Shown here one piece after another: positions 63,105-64,000 of a DNA stretch of 64,000 bases. This DNA comes from Curvularia clavata (taxonomy: Eukaryota), in the NCBI GenBank assembly GCA_023920165.1, contig CP089279.1:2790001-2854000 (forward strand). Reading direction: 5' to 3'. How positions within the stretch are numbered: position 1 is the first letter of the stretch; every line of letters begins with the position of its first letter. Below the pieces are notes generated by a model. It searched no databases and was not told where the DNA came from. It saw nothing but the letters and a program-made list of their open reading frames with translations. The translations under genes were made by a program, and so were the position numbers.

Positions 63105-64000
63105 ATGGGGTCTAGCGTAGGCCCTTTCGACGGTCGCCGCGCAAGAAGAACGAGATGTGAAGCATGCGCAAGGCGGAAAATAAAGGTAAGTCAAGCGTCA
63201 TCTCTAAAACTTCATGCTGACATAGAATGAGTGTTGTGGTGGTGCTCCGTGTGACCATTGCAAGCGAACGCAGCAATCATGCGTCTTCTCAACCCGTCGT
63301 CCAGCGGGGCTGATCTTCGTTAAGCAGAGCCCCAAGGCTGAGCCAATCATGGAACTCGACCGCGACTTGGACTATTTCTTCGGCTCTTTTCTACCCATGA
63401 ATGCTTTTACCAAGAGCAATGCATCATGGCAGAATGAACTGCAACTTTTGCTGCACCAATCGCCCACGTTGAGTAATGCAGTCTCGGCCATTGCAGCACT
63501 TCATCGTTTTCAGCAGGAAAAGATGATGCTCAACACGAAGAAGGCCAGAAAAGACAAACTACAAGCTCTGCAATCCTACAGTGAGGCTGTGAAGCGGGTC
63601 CGGGTGGCCATCGCGTCGAACGCCTTAGCAAACCCTGCTGTGTTGTGGTCAACATTTCTGTTAGCATTGTTCGAGGTATATCGAGACTGGTATCGAATAG
63701 TCGCCATTGTACTAAATCTTTGCAGTTGATGCGTGACAGCACTGGCATGGATTGGCTCTCACATTTCCTTAACGGTACATGTGCAATCCTTCGTTTGCAG
63801 CACCCGTCAGATTTACTGCTGGCGAACTCGGGTGCTAACCACAGGCGCAACTTCTTTTTCACAGCTCGCATCTTTGAGATTGCACGGGCATTGATATATT
63901 CACAGCCCACGTTTCTATGCGGGTCTGATTGGAGCAATGCGCTGTCGCAATGGTGGAACTCCGAAGAGGGTCGGAAGTTGTGGCATCCGAAGGAGGCCTT
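63105..64000 (+). CDS. Zn(II)2Cys6 transcription factor (3' end outside window)
   Basis: MGSSVGPFDGRRARRTRCEACARRKIK, intron, CCGGAPCDHCKRTQQSC, in frame with the 63349 ORF; LLALFE, intron, LMRDSTGMDWLSHF..GT. Confidence 0.85.

Overview
Filamentous ascomycete DNA, probably Dothideomycetes/Pleosporales (inferred from gene content, short GT-AG introns with CTRAC-type branch sites, and RIP-like relics). A core block at about 11.7-20.8 kb (UTP7, TSR1, Stc1-domain gene, RAD7) is flanked by accessory DNA. The left flank has a HET-ankyrin gene with near-identical tandem repeats, a secreted protein-arginine deiminase (PAD) divergent from a Zn2Cys6 factor that needs a 3-nt micro-exon, and an MmgE/PrpD-family gene. 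The right flank has a GNAT, a small secreted protein and a decaying five-gene amine-utilisation-like cluster: Zn2Cys6 TF, EutQ-like cupin, flavin amine oxidase, amino-acid permease and SirQ-like reductase, four of them disrupted mostly by C>T/G>A changes. Beyond it lie a BBE-like oxidase/CFEM-Pth11 pair, a PD-(D/E)XK-like protein, hydrolases, transposon relics, a second HET-ankyrin gene and two more TF-enzyme head-to-head pairs. Exon models were built by eye and family calls rest on motif recognition, not database searches.
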